Of a stretch of 64,000 nt of DNA, positions 26,125 through 37,400 are shown piece by piece. This stretch comes from Myxococcota bacterium. Its GTDB lineage: Bacteria > Myxococcota > Myxococcia > Myxococcales > Myxococcaceae. Positions within the stretch are counted from its first letter, which is position 1, and every line of letters begins with the position of its first letter. The stretch covers positions 1 through 64,000 of the forward strand of contig JBMORE010000146.1 of the NCBI GenBank assembly GCA_049322255.1, given 5' to 3'. The notes beneath the pieces were generated by a model that was given only the letters and a program-made list of their open reading frames with translations, had not been told where the DNA came from and did no database searches. Position numbers and translations under genes: made by a program.

Positions 26125-27854
26125 GGGTGCACAACTACCGCGACCACGGCGGGGCGGTGTTCATCGACCTGCGCGACCGCGAGGGCCTGACCCAGGTGGT
26201 CTTCGAGCCGGACATTGCCCAGGAGGCGCACGCGCTGGCCGGTAGCCTGCGTCACGAGTGGTGCATCGGCATTCGCGGCCAGGTGGTGTCGCGGGGCAAG
26301 AACGCGAACCCCAAGATGAAGACCGGGGAGATCGAGGTGAAGGCCTCGGAGATCGCCCTCTTCAACAAGAGCGAGACACCTCCGTTTCTCATCGAGGACG
26401 AGATCGACACCTCGGAGGAGAAGCGGCTTTCGCACCGCTACCTCGACTTACGCCGCGCCCTCTTGCAGAAGAACCTCATCACCCGCTCGAAGATGAACGC
26501 GGTGACCCGCTCCTACTTGGTGGAGAAGGGTTTCCTCGAGCTGGAGACGCCCTTCATGGGCAAGTACACCCCAGGCGGGGCGCGCAACTTCCTGGTGCCT
26601 TCGCGCTTGTCGCCGGGGAAGTTCTACGCGCTCGCCGAAAGCCCGCAGCTCTACAAGCAGCTGTTCATGGTGGCGGGGTTCGATCGGTACTTCCAGATCG
26701 TGAAGTGCTTCCGCGACGAGGACCTGCGCCTCGACCGACAGCCGGAGTTCACCCAGATCGATCTCGAGATGAGCTTCGTGGCGCAAGACGACGTGTTCGA
26801 GGTGATCGAAGGCCTCATCCAAAAGTTGTGGAAGAACATTCTCGGGGTGGAGGTGCCCATCCCCTTCCCGCGGATGGACTTCTACGAGTCGATGGACAAG
26901 TACGGCAACGACAAGCCGGACCTGCGCTTTGCGCTGCCGCACGTGGTGCTCACCGACCTGGTGAGGCAGTTCGGTCCCGCGGGCGGCGTGCCCATGATGA
27001 CCGAGGCGCTGGAGCACAAGGGCATCGTCAAGGCGATGGTCCTCCCCGCGGACAAGGCGCTCTCCCGTGCCGAGACCGACAAGCTCGAGGAATACGTCAA
27101 GGGCATGGGCGCCAAGGGTCTGGCGCGCGCCAAGGTGGGCGAGGGCGGTGAGTGGACTCAATCTCCGCTCTCGAAGACCATCAGCCCCGAGCTGCGACAA
27201 GCGATCAACGCCCAGTGCGACGCCAAGCCCGGCGACCTCATCTTCTTCCAGTTCGGTCGTGAGTCGCTGGTGCAGACGGTGATGGCCAACTTGCGCGTGC
27301 ACCTGGCCAAGAAGCTCAAGCTCATTCCCGAGTACGGCTCGGGCGGAGTGTGGAAGTTCCTCTGGGTGGTGAACCCCCCGCTGTTCGAGTACGACGACGA
27401 CGCCAAGCAGTGGGTGGCGGCGCACCACGCCTTCACCCGCCCGCACGACGAGGACGTGCAGTACTTGGCCACTGACCCCGGCAAGGTGAAGTGCTACCGG
27501 TATGACGTGGTGCTCAACGGCTTCGAGATCGGCGGCGGGTCGATTCGGCTGCACGACCCCAAGGTGCAGGCGGAGGTGTTCCGCGCGCTGGGCATCTCCG
27601 ACGAGGAGGCGAGGAACAAGTTCGGCTTTCTCCTCGACGCGCTCAAGTTCGGAGCCCCGCCCCACGGAGGCATCGCCATCGGCATGGATCGGCTGGCGAT
27701 GCTCCTCACCGGTACCGAGTCGTTACGCGATGTCATTCCTTTCCCCAAGACCCAAAAAGGCACCGACCTGATGACCGGTGCCCCCGGAGACGTCGACGAG
27801 AAGCAGCTGCGCGACTTGCACGTGAAGGCCATTCCCACGGCAACCAAACCGTGA
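26031..27854 (+). CDS. aspS: Aspartate--tRNA ligase
   Basis: RTHTCG, RDHGG, FIDLRD, FRDEDLR.DRQPEFTQ, GGGSIR, GAPPHGG. Confidence 0.98.
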   Translation: MSAKFISEVKRTHTCGQLTGADVGKVVVLFGWVHNYRDHGGAVFIDLRDREGLTQVVFEPDIAQEAHALAGSLRHEWCIGIRGQVVSRGKNANPKMKTGEIEVKASEIALFNKSETPPFLIEDEIDTSEEKRLSHRYLDLRRALLQKNLITRSKMNAVTRSYLVEKGFLELETPFMGKYTPGGARNFLVPSRLSPGKFYALAESPQLYKQLFMVAGFDRYFQIVKCFRDEDLRLDRQPEFTQIDLEMSFVAQDDVFEVIEGLIQKLWKNILGVEVPIPFPRMDFYESMDKYGNDKPDLRFALPHVVLTDLVRQFGPAGGVPMMTEALEHKGIVKAMVLPADKALSRAETDKLEEYVKGMGAKGLARAKVGEGGEWTQSPLSKTISPELRQAINAQCDAKPGDLIFFQFGRESLVQTVMANLRVHLAKKLKLIPEYGSGGVWKFLWVVNPPLFEYDDDAKQWVAAHHAFTRPHDEDVQYLATDPGKVKCYRYDVVLNGFEIGGGSIRLHDPKVQAEVFRALGISDEEARNKFGFLLDALKFGAPPHGGIAIGMDRLAMLLTGTESLRDVIPFPKTQKGTDLMTGAPGDVDEKQLRDLHVKAIPTATKP

Positions 27855-28765
27855 AGACTTTCCTCGTCGTCAACCCTCAGAGCGCCAACGGGCAGACGGG
27901 TAGGCGCTGGCCGGAGATTTCCGCTCAGCTCGTCCGCAGCCTGGGCGAGCTCGGCCATGCCTTCACCGAGAAGCCGATGGACGCGGCTCGTTTGGCGGCG
28001 CGAGCGCTCGAGGAAGGCTACGACTGCGTGGTGGCGGTGGGGGGCGACGGAACTTTGAACGAAGTGGTGAACGGCTTTTTTCGCGACGGGAAAGTCATCA
28101 ACCCCAGCGCGGCGCTCGGGCTTTTGCCGCGCGGAACCGGGGGCGACTTTCGGCGGACTTTCTCTTGGGACGACAAGGTGCCCACCTCGGCCGCTCGCTT
28201 CGCCACCGACAAGACGGCGCCCTTTGACGTGGGCGTGGTCGACTTCACCGGGCACGACGGCCGTCCGTGTTCTCGCTACTTCGCCAACATCGCCAGCTTC
28301 GGGGTGAGCGGCCAGGTGGACCGCGAGGTGAGCAAGAGCAAGGGGTGGGGCGGCCGCTTGTCCTTCTTCCTGGCCAGCACGCGGGCGCTGATGAAGTACT
28401 CCGACCGCCGGGTACGCCTGGTCGCCGACGGCGGCGCGCCCGAGGAGCTCAAGGTGACCACGGTGGCCGTGGCCAACGGCCGCTACTTCGGTGGAGGGAT
28501 GAAGGTCGCGCCCCAGGCCGACACCGCCGACGGCCTCTTCGACGTCACCATCTGGAGCGGCTACGGGCTTGCCGACTTCGCCTTCAAGTCGAAGGCCATC
28601 TACGATGGCAGCCACGTGCGCCTTCCCGGCACCCGGACGTTTCGCTGCAAGACGCTTCGCGCCGAGAGCGAGGAGGAGGTGCTCCTCGACGTCGATGGCG
28701 AACAGCCCGGGCGCCTGCCGTGCACCATGCGCATCCTCCCTTCCGCCATCCGGCTTAAGGTCTGA
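27851..28765 (+). CDS. Diacylglycerol/lipid kinase family protein (YegS/BmrU-like)
   Basis: VVNPQS, VGGDGTLNEV, PRGTGGDF, NGRYFGGG, DVDGE. Confidence 0.92.
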   Translation: MKTFLVVNPQSANGQTGRRWPEISAQLVRSLGELGHAFTEKPMDAARLAARALEEGYDCVVAVGGDGTLNEVVNGFFRDGKVINPSAALGLLPRGTGGDFRRTFSWDDKVPTSAARFATDKTAPFDVGVVDFTGHDGRPCSRYFANIASFGVSGQVDREVSKSKGWGGRLSFFLASTRALMKYSDRRVRLVADGGAPEELKVTTVAVANGRYFGGGMKVAPQADTADGLFDVTIWSGYGLADFAFKSKAIYDGSHVRLPGTRTFRCKTLRAESEEEVLLDVDGEQPGRLPCTMRILPSAIRLKV

Positions 28766-28771
28766 TTCGAG

Positions 28772-29587
28772 TTGCCTGACTACACCCAGTACTTGCAGAC
28801 CTTGCGTTCACACGGTGCCGCCGCCGAGGTCGACGAGTACGCCCAGGTCCAGGAGAACGGGCGCACCTATCCGCTCATCCGGGTGACGGTTGCGGGCGAG
28901 CCGAAGGTCGTCATCACCGCGGGCTTTCACGGCGAGGAGCCCGCAGGTCCCCTCACCCTCGCCCACCACCTCTCTGCCATCTGCGCGTATGCCCGCCGCC
29001 AGGGGGTGGGGCTGCTCATGTTCCCCTGCATCAACCCTTCCGGTTTCGAGGCCGGCACCCGGTACAACGCCAGCGGTGAGCGGCCCAACAACGACTTTCT
29101 GCGCTACGAGGTTTCCCCGGGGCAGTGGAAGGGCGAGCTCGTCGACGGCGAGCCTTTTCTTCGCTGGCAGCTTTTCGACGGCGGCCCCAAAGAGACGAAG
29201 GCGGTGCGCACCGAGCTCGAGCGCCACCCCGTGCCCATGGCCGCGCTCGACCTCCACCAGGACAACTACCTGGGGCGGCCTGCTGCCTACGCTTACGTCT
29301 TCGGCGATGCCGGCCACTACTCGCCGCTGATGAAAAGAACGTCCCAGCACGCCAAGATCGCCATGCGCTGGGGGGTGGACGACCACCACAAGACCGACGC
29401 CTTGGGGATGGTGCGCTACCACGACGGGAGCATCACCGACTATTTCTTGCGCCGCGGGGTGCCCTACACCGCCGCTCTGGAGACCACCACCAAGACCGCG
29501 CTCGACGCCTGCCATCGAATCAACTTGACGTGGATCGAAGGGTTCATCGACCTGGCGGCTGCATCGGCCCAACCGCGCTCGCCATGA
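28772..29587 (+). CDS. M14-like zinc carboxypeptidase / succinylglutamate desuccinylase family protein
   Basis: AGFHGEE, PCINPSG, LDLHQD, ALET. Confidence 0.8.
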   Translation: MPDYTQYLQTLRSHGAAAEVDEYAQVQENGRTYPLIRVTVAGEPKVVITAGFHGEEPAGPLTLAHHLSAICAYARRQGVGLLMFPCINPSGFEAGTRYNASGERPNNDFLRYEVSPGQWKGELVDGEPFLRWQLFDGGPKETKAVRTELERHPVPMAALDLHQDNYLGRPAAYAYVFGDAGHYSPLMKRTSQHAKIAMRWGVDDHHKTDALGMVRYHDGSITDYFLRRGVPYTAALETTTKTALDACHRINLTWIEGFIDLAAASAQPRSP

Positions 29588-30765
29588 ACGTCGTCTTCCT
29601 TTCGCCGGCTTTTCCTCCGCAGTTCTTCTCCTTCTGCGTCGCCTTGCGCGAGCGCGGGGTGAACGTGCTCGGTCTGGGCGACACCCCGGCGCACGAGCTG
29701 CGCCAAGAGCTCAAGGAGGCGCTGGGCGAGTACTACCACCTGCCCGATTTGGGCTGGTACGCCGACGGCCACCGGGCGCTCGCCTACTTCATTTGGAGGC
29801 ACGGGCGCATCGACCGCATCGACTCGCACACCGAGCACTGGCTGGGGCTGGAGGCGCAGCTGCGGGAGGACTTCAACGTTCCCGGTCCGCGGCCGGCCGA
29901 GCTCCAGGCAAGGCGCAGCAAGAGCGGCATGGCCGAGCTGTTTCAAAAGTGCGGCGTCCCACACGTCGAGGGAGAGCTGTTCCGTTCAGCGGCGCAGACC
30001 CAGGCCTACGCCCAGCGCGTGGGTTTTCCTTTGGTGTTCAAGCCCGACCTGGGGGTGGGGGCGGCGCGGACCTTCAAGGTTTCCGACGACAAGGAGCTGG
30101 CCGAGGCGCTGGCCCACCCTCTTGCGGGGTACATCGTGCAGCCGTTTCAACGAGGTGACATCACCAGCTACGACGGGCTGGTCGACCGCGAAGGGCGCGT
30201 CGTCTTCGAAACCTCGCACGTCTACAGCGCGGGCATCATGGAGGTCGTCAACGAGCAGCGTGACGTCTCCTACTGGAACCGGCGGGAGATTCCTCCTGAG
30301 CTGGCGAAGCTCGGTCGCCAGGTGGTCGAGGGCTTCGGGGTGCGAGAGCGATTCTTCCACGTCGAGTTCTTCGAGCTGCCGAAGGGCGGCTACCGGGCGC
30401 TGGAGATCAATCTTCGTCCCCCGGGCGGCTTCACCACCGACATGATGAACTACTCGGCGGACATCGACGTGTACCGCCTGTGGGCGCGGGTGCTCTCCGG
30501 CGACTCGGTGGAGGGCTTCGCCTACGAGCGCAAGTACCACGTTGCCCATGTCGCCCGGCGCCATGGCCGCTCCTATTTGGTCCCTCACGACGAGCTGGCT
30601 CGTGAGCTGGGTGAGCGGCTGTTGTGGCACCGGCCGATGCCGCATGCCTTCGCCGGAGCGATGGGCGATGAGGTGTACATGATTCGTGACCCGGACTTCG
30701 CGCGGTTGCAGAAGGCGATTGGGCGGATTCAGGCGCGCAGGGTTTCTACGTCAGAAACCAGGTGA
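29584..30765 (+). CDS. ATP-grasp domain protein (carboxylate-amine ligase-like)
   Basis: ATGA overlap; MNVVFLSPAFP, FKPDLGVGA, FFHVEFF, LEINLRPPG. Confidence 0.88.
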   Translation: MNVVFLSPAFPPQFFSFCVALRERGVNVLGLGDTPAHELRQELKEALGEYYHLPDLGWYADGHRALAYFIWRHGRIDRIDSHTEHWLGLEAQLREDFNVPGPRPAELQARRSKSGMAELFQKCGVPHVEGELFRSAAQTQAYAQRVGFPLVFKPDLGVGAARTFKVSDDKELAEALAHPLAGYIVQPFQRGDITSYDGLVDREGRVVFETSHVYSAGIMEVVNEQRDVSYWNRREIPPELAKLGRQVVEGFGVRERFFHVEFFELPKGGYRALEINLRPPGGFTTDMMNYSADIDVYRLWARVLSGDSVEGFAYERKYHVAHVARRHGRSYLVPHDELARELGERLLWHRPMPHAFAGAMGDEVYMIRDPDFARLQKAIGRIQARRVSTSETR

Positions 30766-31525
30766 GGGCGGCGGGCAGTCTTCGTGCCCAGTCGGCCTCG
30801 CTGTGCTGGCCGCCGGGCTCGAGCACCAGCTTGAGCTCGTCCTCGCTGTAGCCGAGCTTGCGCAGGTGAAGGTGGAACTCGCCCACCTTCTCGCCGTAGG
30901 GCATCGGCTCGCCGTCGAGGTGCAGGTGCTCCTTTGCGCCCGCGTCGAGGTAGAGCCGAGTGAAGCGCAAGGGCCGCGCATTCCACTGGCGGAAGAGCTC
31001 GCCATTGCACCACATCACCGACGGCGAAAAGGCGCCCACGCGGCCGAAGGTGTCGCCATGGCGCCAGCCGAGGTAGAGCGAGGCCAGGCCTCCGAGGCTG
31101 GAGCCGGCCACCGCGGTGGCGGTTGCCTCGGGACGGGTGCGGTAGGTGCGGTCGACCCAGGGCTTGAGCTCGTCGAGCAAGAAGCGGGCGTAGCGCTCCG
31201 CACGGCCACGCACCTTCAGCCGGGGGTCGTCCCACGGGGAGTAGTCGTCGAAGCGGCCCTCTCCGTGATCGACGGCGACGATCATCCACGGGCTGACGCG
31301 GCCTTCGTCGATGAGGCGCTCGAGAGTGAGGTTGGCCGACCAAGTGGGGAAGCATGCCGAGGCCGGGTGCGCGAAGACGTTCTGTCCGTCCTGCATGTAC
31401 ACGACGCCGAAGCGGGCAGAAGGGTCTTGGTGGTAGCGGCTAGGAGTGAAGATACGAAGGGTGCGCGAAACGCCCTCGGCGTTGGAGGGGACGTCGCGGA
31501 GGATCTCGATGTGGCCCATGCTCAC
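30746..31525 (-). CDS. Alpha/beta hydrolase (putative esterase)
   Basis: YMQDGQN, ELKPWVD, nucleophile GSSLGG, HSEADW. Confidence 0.9.
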   Translation of the reverse strand: MSMGHIEILRDVPSNAEGVSRTLRIFTPSRYHQDPSARFGVVYMQDGQNVFAHPASACFPTWSANLTLERLIDEGRVSPWMIVAVDHGEGRFDDYSPWDDPRLKVRGRAERYARFLLDELKPWVDRTYRTRPEATATAVAGSSLGGLASLYLGWRHGDTFGRVGAFSPSVMWCNGELFRQWNARPLRFTRLYLDAGAKEHLHLDGEPMPYGEKVGEFHLHLRKLGYSEDELKLVLEPGGQHSEADWARRLPAALTWFLT

Positions 31526-31616
31526 TGGTCAACCCTAGGCGAAAGACGCGGTCGTTGCGCCCGTAGATTGTCCCTAGGTTCAGGTCAGCCATCCTCAAGG
31601 GCGAAAGGAGCCCCTC

Positions 31617-32147
31617 GTGGTCGACTTTCAGGTACAAGGGACGAGGACTCCCAGCGAGTTCGACGAGGCGTACGACGATGCGCGCCATATCCAGGGCGCG
31701 GTGTTCAGCGAGCCTTTGGGCAAAGTCCCTCGGCGCCCGATGGTGACGGTGCCGGTGACCGCCACCGTCGCCGAGGCGATTTCGGCGATGAACGAGCGCC
31801 ATTGCGGCTGCACCCTCGTCCTACGAGAAGGCCGGCTGGCGGGCATCTTCACCGAGCGCGACGTGCTGACCAAGGTCGCGGGGCGGAGGTTGCCTCCCAC
31901 CACCCGGGTCGAGGAGGTGATGACCGCCGACCCCGACACGCTGCCAGCCAGCGCCTCCATCGCGTACGCCCTGCGCCACATGAGCGTCGAGGGCTACCGG
32001 CACGTACCCCTGGTCGACGACGTGGGGCGCCCGCTGGGCGTGGTGGGCGTGCGCGACATCGTCGGGTGGATGGTGAGCCTCTTTCCTGACAGCGTGCTCC
32101 ACCTGCCGCCTTTGCCCAAGATTCCCGTCACCCCCGAGGGAGGGTAG
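31617..32147 (+). CDS. CBS-domain protein
   Basis: LAGIFTERD, VMTADP, YRHVPLVD, GVVGVRDI. Confidence 0.9.
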   Translation: MVDFQVQGTRTPSEFDEAYDDARHIQGAVFSEPLGKVPRRPMVTVPVTATVAEAISAMNERHCGCTLVLREGRLAGIFTERDVLTKVAGRRLPPTTRVEEVMTADPDTLPASASIAYALRHMSVEGYRHVPLVDDVGRPLGVVGVRDIVGWMVSLFPDSVLHLPPLPKIPVTPEGG

Positions 32148-32167
32148 GTCGTTTCACGCCTTGGGGG

Positions 32168-34264
32168 GTGAGCGAGGTATGTTTCTCTCCCGTGTCGGCG
32201 CGCCTGGTACTCACCACCGTCTGGGTCATAGGGCTCTTTGGCTGCCGCGGCTGCGACGGTGGAGTCAACCGCATCGCACCCCTCATCGGCGTACGGCCGG
32301 TTTCACTCGACTTCGGGCCGGTGAAAGCGGGCACCGAGGAGGTGCTGACGCTGGAGATTTCGGCGCAGTCCAAGGCGGCGCTGGAGGTGAGCGGCGTCAC
32401 CCTCGCCGAAGGGAGCGCTCCGGGAGGGGCGGCGGCCTTCGAGGTGCTCGAGGTGCCCACCGTAGTCGACTCGCTCTCCACCCATCCGATGAAGGTGAAG
32501 TTCCGGCCCTCCGCGCTGCTCGCGTACGAAGCGGTGCTGCACATCGCCAGCAACGACGAGGAGCACCCTGACGTCTCGGTGTTGCTTTCCGGTGAGGGCG
32601 CCACGCCGAAGCTCGAGGTCACCCCCGAGTGCCGTACGGACAAGAAGTGCACCGGGAGCGCGGTGGTCGACCCGCCGTCGATCGACTTCGGGCCCGAGCC
32701 GTTCGTGCGCCTGTTGCCCCTACCGGTCACCGCGCTGCCCACTGTGGCGATCGTCAACGCGGGAGAGGTCGACCTCGTCGTCACCCGGCTCGCCTTCGAG
32801 GGGCTGGACGCAGCGGCGTTCTCCATCGAGGGCAACGCGGCGCTGCCCGCAGGCGGAGAGCGGCTGGGTCCGTCCGAGGGACGCAACCTCTCGCTCGAGT
32901 TCAAGCCCACCTCCGAGCAACAGACGAGCTACCAGGCCGAGCTGGTGATCGAGTCGGACGATCAGGCCAGGCCCGTGGTGCGCGTGGCGCTCACAGGAAC
33001 GCTGCGCGCCAACTTGCCCCCGGTGGTGTGCGCGAACATCACTCGGGTGGTGCCAGGCGACGGCTCGGCACCGGTGGACTTCAATACCGCACAGGACTGG
33101 GCACCGCTTCTCGTGCCTCCGTCCGGTGGCTACGACTTCACCACCACCCGTGACATTCGCCCCAAGTCGGAGGTGACTTTCTCGGCGCTCTCCGACCCCC
33201 TCGATGAGACCGCGTGCACCGCTGACCCGGAGGACGGTCGCAGCGGCCTCGCCTTCGAGTGGAAGGTTCTCTCTGCGCCCTCCGCCGCCGCGGGACTGAC
33301 CCTGGGCGGAGCGACCACCTCCCAGGCCACCTTGCGCCCCAAGGCGGGGTCGGGGCTTCCCACCGGGGAGTACGTGGTCGAGCTCTCCGCCCGCGACGTG
33401 CAGGGCCACCTCACCGCCACGACCTTGAAGTTCGTGGTGGCGCTCAAGGAAGACCTGGTGGTGCAGCTGTCGTGGCAGGGCTTCGCCGCCGTCGATTTGG
33501 ACCTGCACCTGGTTCGCCCCACATCGACGGCGGCGAACGACCTCTTCAGCGGGGCGTTCTCTTTCTTCGAGGAGGCGCCCACCGCAAGAACCTCGGGCGA
33601 CCTCAACGGGTGGTCGTACCTCGTCCAGCAAAACAACGCCGGGTTCGACTTCGAGTGGGGAGCCACGGGCACGGCCGACGACCCCCGGCTCAACCTGGAC
33701 GACACCGGCACCGGGCAGCTCTTGGAGAACATCTCTCTCAACTATCCGGAGAACGACCCGCGCTGCGCCTCGGCGCCGTGCAGCTACAAGGTGCTGGTGC
33801 ACTACTTCCGCGATGCGCGTGCGTCGATCCCGCCCGCGTGCACGGTGACCGGCGCTGCTCCTTGCGTCGACGGGAGCCCTTGCGATTGCGCCGCCGGGAC
33901 GGCTTGCGTCGCCAACAGCGCCCCCATCGGGTCGGCACCCACCGGAGCCGGCAAGTGCTTCGTTCCCCCCCAGCCGGTGGTGCGCATCTTCTTCAAGGGC
34001 AGCGCCACGGCGGCGGCGGAGATTCCCCTGCCCAGCGAGGTGCTCCCTTTGGGCGCTCCCTGCCAGCTGCTTTACGTGGCCGACGTGGTGTGGCCGGCGA
34101 AGTCGGTGGCGGACGCGGGGGTGGGCGGCGCGCCGCAGGTGATGGTGCAGAGCACCCCTGCCAGCCCGCAAGTGGCGCGCTACGGTTTTCGCCAGGCGAA
34201 CAGCACCCAGTGCAGCCCCAACGTGACCAAGGCGGCGATCGATTGGTACGGCCCGGAGCCCTGA
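32168..34264 (+). CDS. Surface lipoprotein with Ig-like (choice-of-anchor D / ASH-type) domains and a Cys-rich C-terminus
   Basis: LFGC lipobox; repeated LDFG...IxSxD Ig-like units; DLDLHL and ENI motifs. Confidence 0.75.
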   Translation: MSEVCFSPVSARLVLTTVWVIGLFGCRGCDGGVNRIAPLIGVRPVSLDFGPVKAGTEEVLTLEISAQSKAALEVSGVTLAEGSAPGGAAAFEVLEVPTVVDSLSTHPMKVKFRPSALLAYEAVLHIASNDEEHPDVSVLLSGEGATPKLEVTPECRTDKKCTGSAVVDPPSIDFGPEPFVRLLPLPVTALPTVAIVNAGEVDLVVTRLAFEGLDAAAFSIEGNAALPAGGERLGPSEGRNLSLEFKPTSEQQTSYQAELVIESDDQARPVVRVALTGTLRANLPPVVCANITRVVPGDGSAPVDFNTAQDWAPLLVPPSGGYDFTTTRDIRPKSEVTFSALSDPLDETACTADPEDGRSGLAFEWKVLSAPSAAAGLTLGGATTSQATLRPKAGSGLPTGEYVVELSARDVQGHLTATTLKFVVALKEDLVVQLSWQGFAAVDLDLHLVRPTSTAANDLFSGAFSFFEEAPTARTSGDLNGWSYLVQQNNAGFDFEWGATGTADDPRLNLDDTGTGQLLENISLNYPENDPRCASAPCSYKVLVHYFRDARASIPPACTVTGAAPCVDGSPCDCAAGTACVANSAPIGSAPTGAGKCFVPPQPVVRIFFKGSATAAAEIPLPSEVLPLGAPCQLLYVADVVWPAKSVADAGVGGAPQVMVQSTPASPQVARYGFRQANSTQCSPNVTKAAIDWYGPEP

Positions 34265-34418
34265 AATTCGAGGCTGCTCACCACCGGGTTCGGGAGCGGG
34301 AGCGGGAGCGTTTGCGGGGATCGGGGTCGGAGACGGGTCACATCGAACGGGTACGTGCGCGGCGACCGGTCACCGTTTGTGCAACCGGTTCGGCGTGGGC
34401 AGGCCTGACCTTGAACCG

Positions 34419-37400
34419 TTAGCGTTGCTCTACCAGCGCCGGCGTGGGCGGGAGCACGCACGCGCGGATGCTGGTGATTTGCCCGGTGGAGAATTTGAAG
34501 TTCACCATCTCGCAGGTGGTGCCGCTGGGGCAGCTGGAGTCATTGCAGCAAAGGTCGACGCAGACGTTGCTGGCGCGGTCGCAGATGCCGCTCTTGCACT
34601 GGCTCGACGCGGTGCAGGCCTGGGCCGAGACGCGGCTGGCGTTGGAGGCCACGCAGGAGGGCATCACGCTCCAGATCTGCGAGCCGCCGCTGGTGTAGCC
34701 GGTGTTCTGCTTGGGCCCGTCAATGGTGCACACGTACCCCGAGGGGCAGTCGGCGTTGGCGCAGCACGGCTCGACGCAGGTTCCGTTGAAGCAGCCGTAC
34801 TGCCCGCTCTTGCACTCGCTGCCGCTGCAGCTTTGCCCCAGCGTCTTGGTGCCGGTGATGTTCGAGGTCAGCCGGCACCACGAGGCCAGGTAGTAGCCGG
34901 TCACCATGGGGAAACCCAAGGAGTTGCGCTCGATGTAGCAGGTGGTGTTCGCCGAGCAGCCCGCCTGGTGGGTGCACTTGTCGGAGCAGTAGTCGGTGGG
35001 GCCGTCGGTGGTGAGGCAGTCGCCGCTGCGGCACTGGCTCGAGCCGCTGCACGCCTGGCCGGTGGTGCTCGACCCGGTGGAGAGCACGCTGCACAGGTGG
35101 AGGTTGTCCGAGTCGAGGAGGTTTCGGTAACAGCCCTCGCCCACCGCGCAGCTGTCGTTGAGGCCCGCGCCCACCGTTTGGTTGCAGAAGGAGCCACAGG
35201 TGAGCGCCCCGGTGGCGACGTTGGAGACGCAGATGAGGTCGGGCCGGCATTGGTCGGTGCCCGCGGGCCAGCGGTACCAGTTGTTCCCCTGCTTGTAGCC
35301 GCAAGGGTCGGAGACGCCGCAGTTGTCCACGGTGCGCTGGTTGCAGTCGTTGTCCTTGCCGTCGCACACCTCGGTTCTGCCGGGGGCGATGGTGGCGTCG
35401 TTGTCGTTGCAGTCGCCCTGACAGGTGGTGACGCCGTCGCCGTCCCGGTCTTGCGCGCTGCAGCCGCAGGTCTCGTCCACGTAGCCGTTGCAGTTGTCGT
35501 CGACCCCGTTGGCGGTGGTGGGAGTCGCCTGGTTGCCGCAGTCGGCGGTCTTCAAGGGGAAAACGAAGTTGTTGTTGTCGTTGCAGTCCACCCGCCGCGC
35601 ATCGAGCGCCGCGGAGCAGGAGCCGTACGTCTGCGCGCAGGTGCTGCTCTTGCAGCCCGGGTGGGTACCGCAGGTGGTGAAGCAATCGCCGTCTTGGTCG
35701 AAGCCCTCGTCGAGTTGGCCGTCGCAGTCGTCGTCTTTGCCGTTACACAGCTCGGTGCGCCCCGGGTAGACGGTCCCGTCGTTGTCGTTGCAGTCGACGC
35801 ACTGGTTGGCGCCATCGAGATCGGCGTCGATCTGCGAGTTGCACCCACACGACATCGGGTCGTCCACGGTGCCGTTGCAGTTCTCGTCGATGCCGTTGTT
35901 GCAGACCTCGTTGACCGGGAAGACGGTCTGGGCGCAAACCAGGCTGCCCGAGGTGCACTGGCGCTGGCCGTTGCCGCAGGGCCCGGACAAACCAGTGGAG
36001 CAGCTTTGTCCCTGCTGGGGGAAGGTTTCGTCCACCGGGCCGTCGCAGTCGTCGTCGATGTTGTTGCAGACCTCGGTGGTGGGTGAGCCGGGCACACACG
36101 TTTGCGGGTTGCCGTTGACACAGGCGGCGATGGTGACTTGGCAAGCGCCGGTGCCGCAGGTGGTTTGCCCCAAGCCCTCGTCGGTTTGGCCATCGCAGTC
36201 GTCGTCGAGCCCGTTGCAGGTCTCGGTGCCCGCCGTCCCCGGGGTGCAGGTCTGTGGCGCTCCCCCGACGCAGTTGTTCACCGTGCGCAGGCAGACGCCG
36301 GTGCCGCAGGTGGTTTGCCCCAAGCCCTCGTCGGTTTGGCCGTCGCAGTCGTCGTCGAGCCCGTTGCACGTTTCGGCGCTCGACGCTCCCGGGGTGCACG
36401 TCTGCGTCACTCCTCCGGCGCAGTTGTTCACCGTGCGCAGGCAGACACCGGTGCCGCAGGTGGTGGTGCCCAAACCCTCGTCGGTTTGGCCATTGCAGTC
36501 GTCATCGAGCCCGTTGCAGGTTTCGGTGCCCGCCGTCCCCGGGGTGCAGGTCTGCGTCACTCCTCCGGCGCAGTTGTTCACCGTGCGCTGGCAGATGCCG
36601 GTGCCGCAGGTCGTCGTCCCCAGGTCTTCATCGGTCTGCGCGTTGCAGTCATCATCACGCCCGTTGCAAGTCTCGGTGGTTGGAACGACCTCTCCCACGC
36701 AGATGCTCCAGCTGCCGCTGACGCAGGTGCGGGTGCCTCCGCGGCACACGCCCACGTTCTGGGTGCCAGAAGGCCCCGAGTAGCAGGGCTGCGTCTGACC
36801 GTCGGTGCAGTTGCAGGTCAAACCATCGTCGGTCTGGCCGTTGCAGTCGTCGTCGAGGCCGTTGCACGTCTCGGTGCCGGCGGGGCCGGGGGTGCACATC
36901 TGCGGGGCGCCACCCACGCAGGTGGTCACCGTGCGCCGGCAGACGCCGGTACCGCAGGTGGTCGAGCCCAAGCCCTCGTCGGTTTGACCGTCGCAGTCGT
37001 CGTCGGAGCCGTTGCACGTTTCGGTGCTCGGTGTCCCCGGTGTGCACAACTGGGGCGAGCCATTGACACAAGCGGCGACGGTGCGCGTGCAGGCGCCGGT
37101 GCCGCAGGAGAGGTTGCCGAAGTTCTCATCGGTCTGGCTGTCGCAGTCGTCGTCAAGGCCGTTGCAGGCCTCGGTTCCCGCAGGCCCGGGCGTGCACGTC
37201 TGAGGCACCCCGTTGACGCAGCGGTCGATGGTGCGAGCGCAGATGCCCACCCCGCAGGAAACCTGCCCGATGCCATCGTCGACCTGGCCGTCACAGTCGT
37301 CGTCGAGGCCATTGCAGCTTTCCGGGCTCGGCGTGCCTGGGGTGCAGGTGCCGGGAGAACCGTTCACGCACCCCTGCGCAACGCGGGCGCATTCGCCGAT

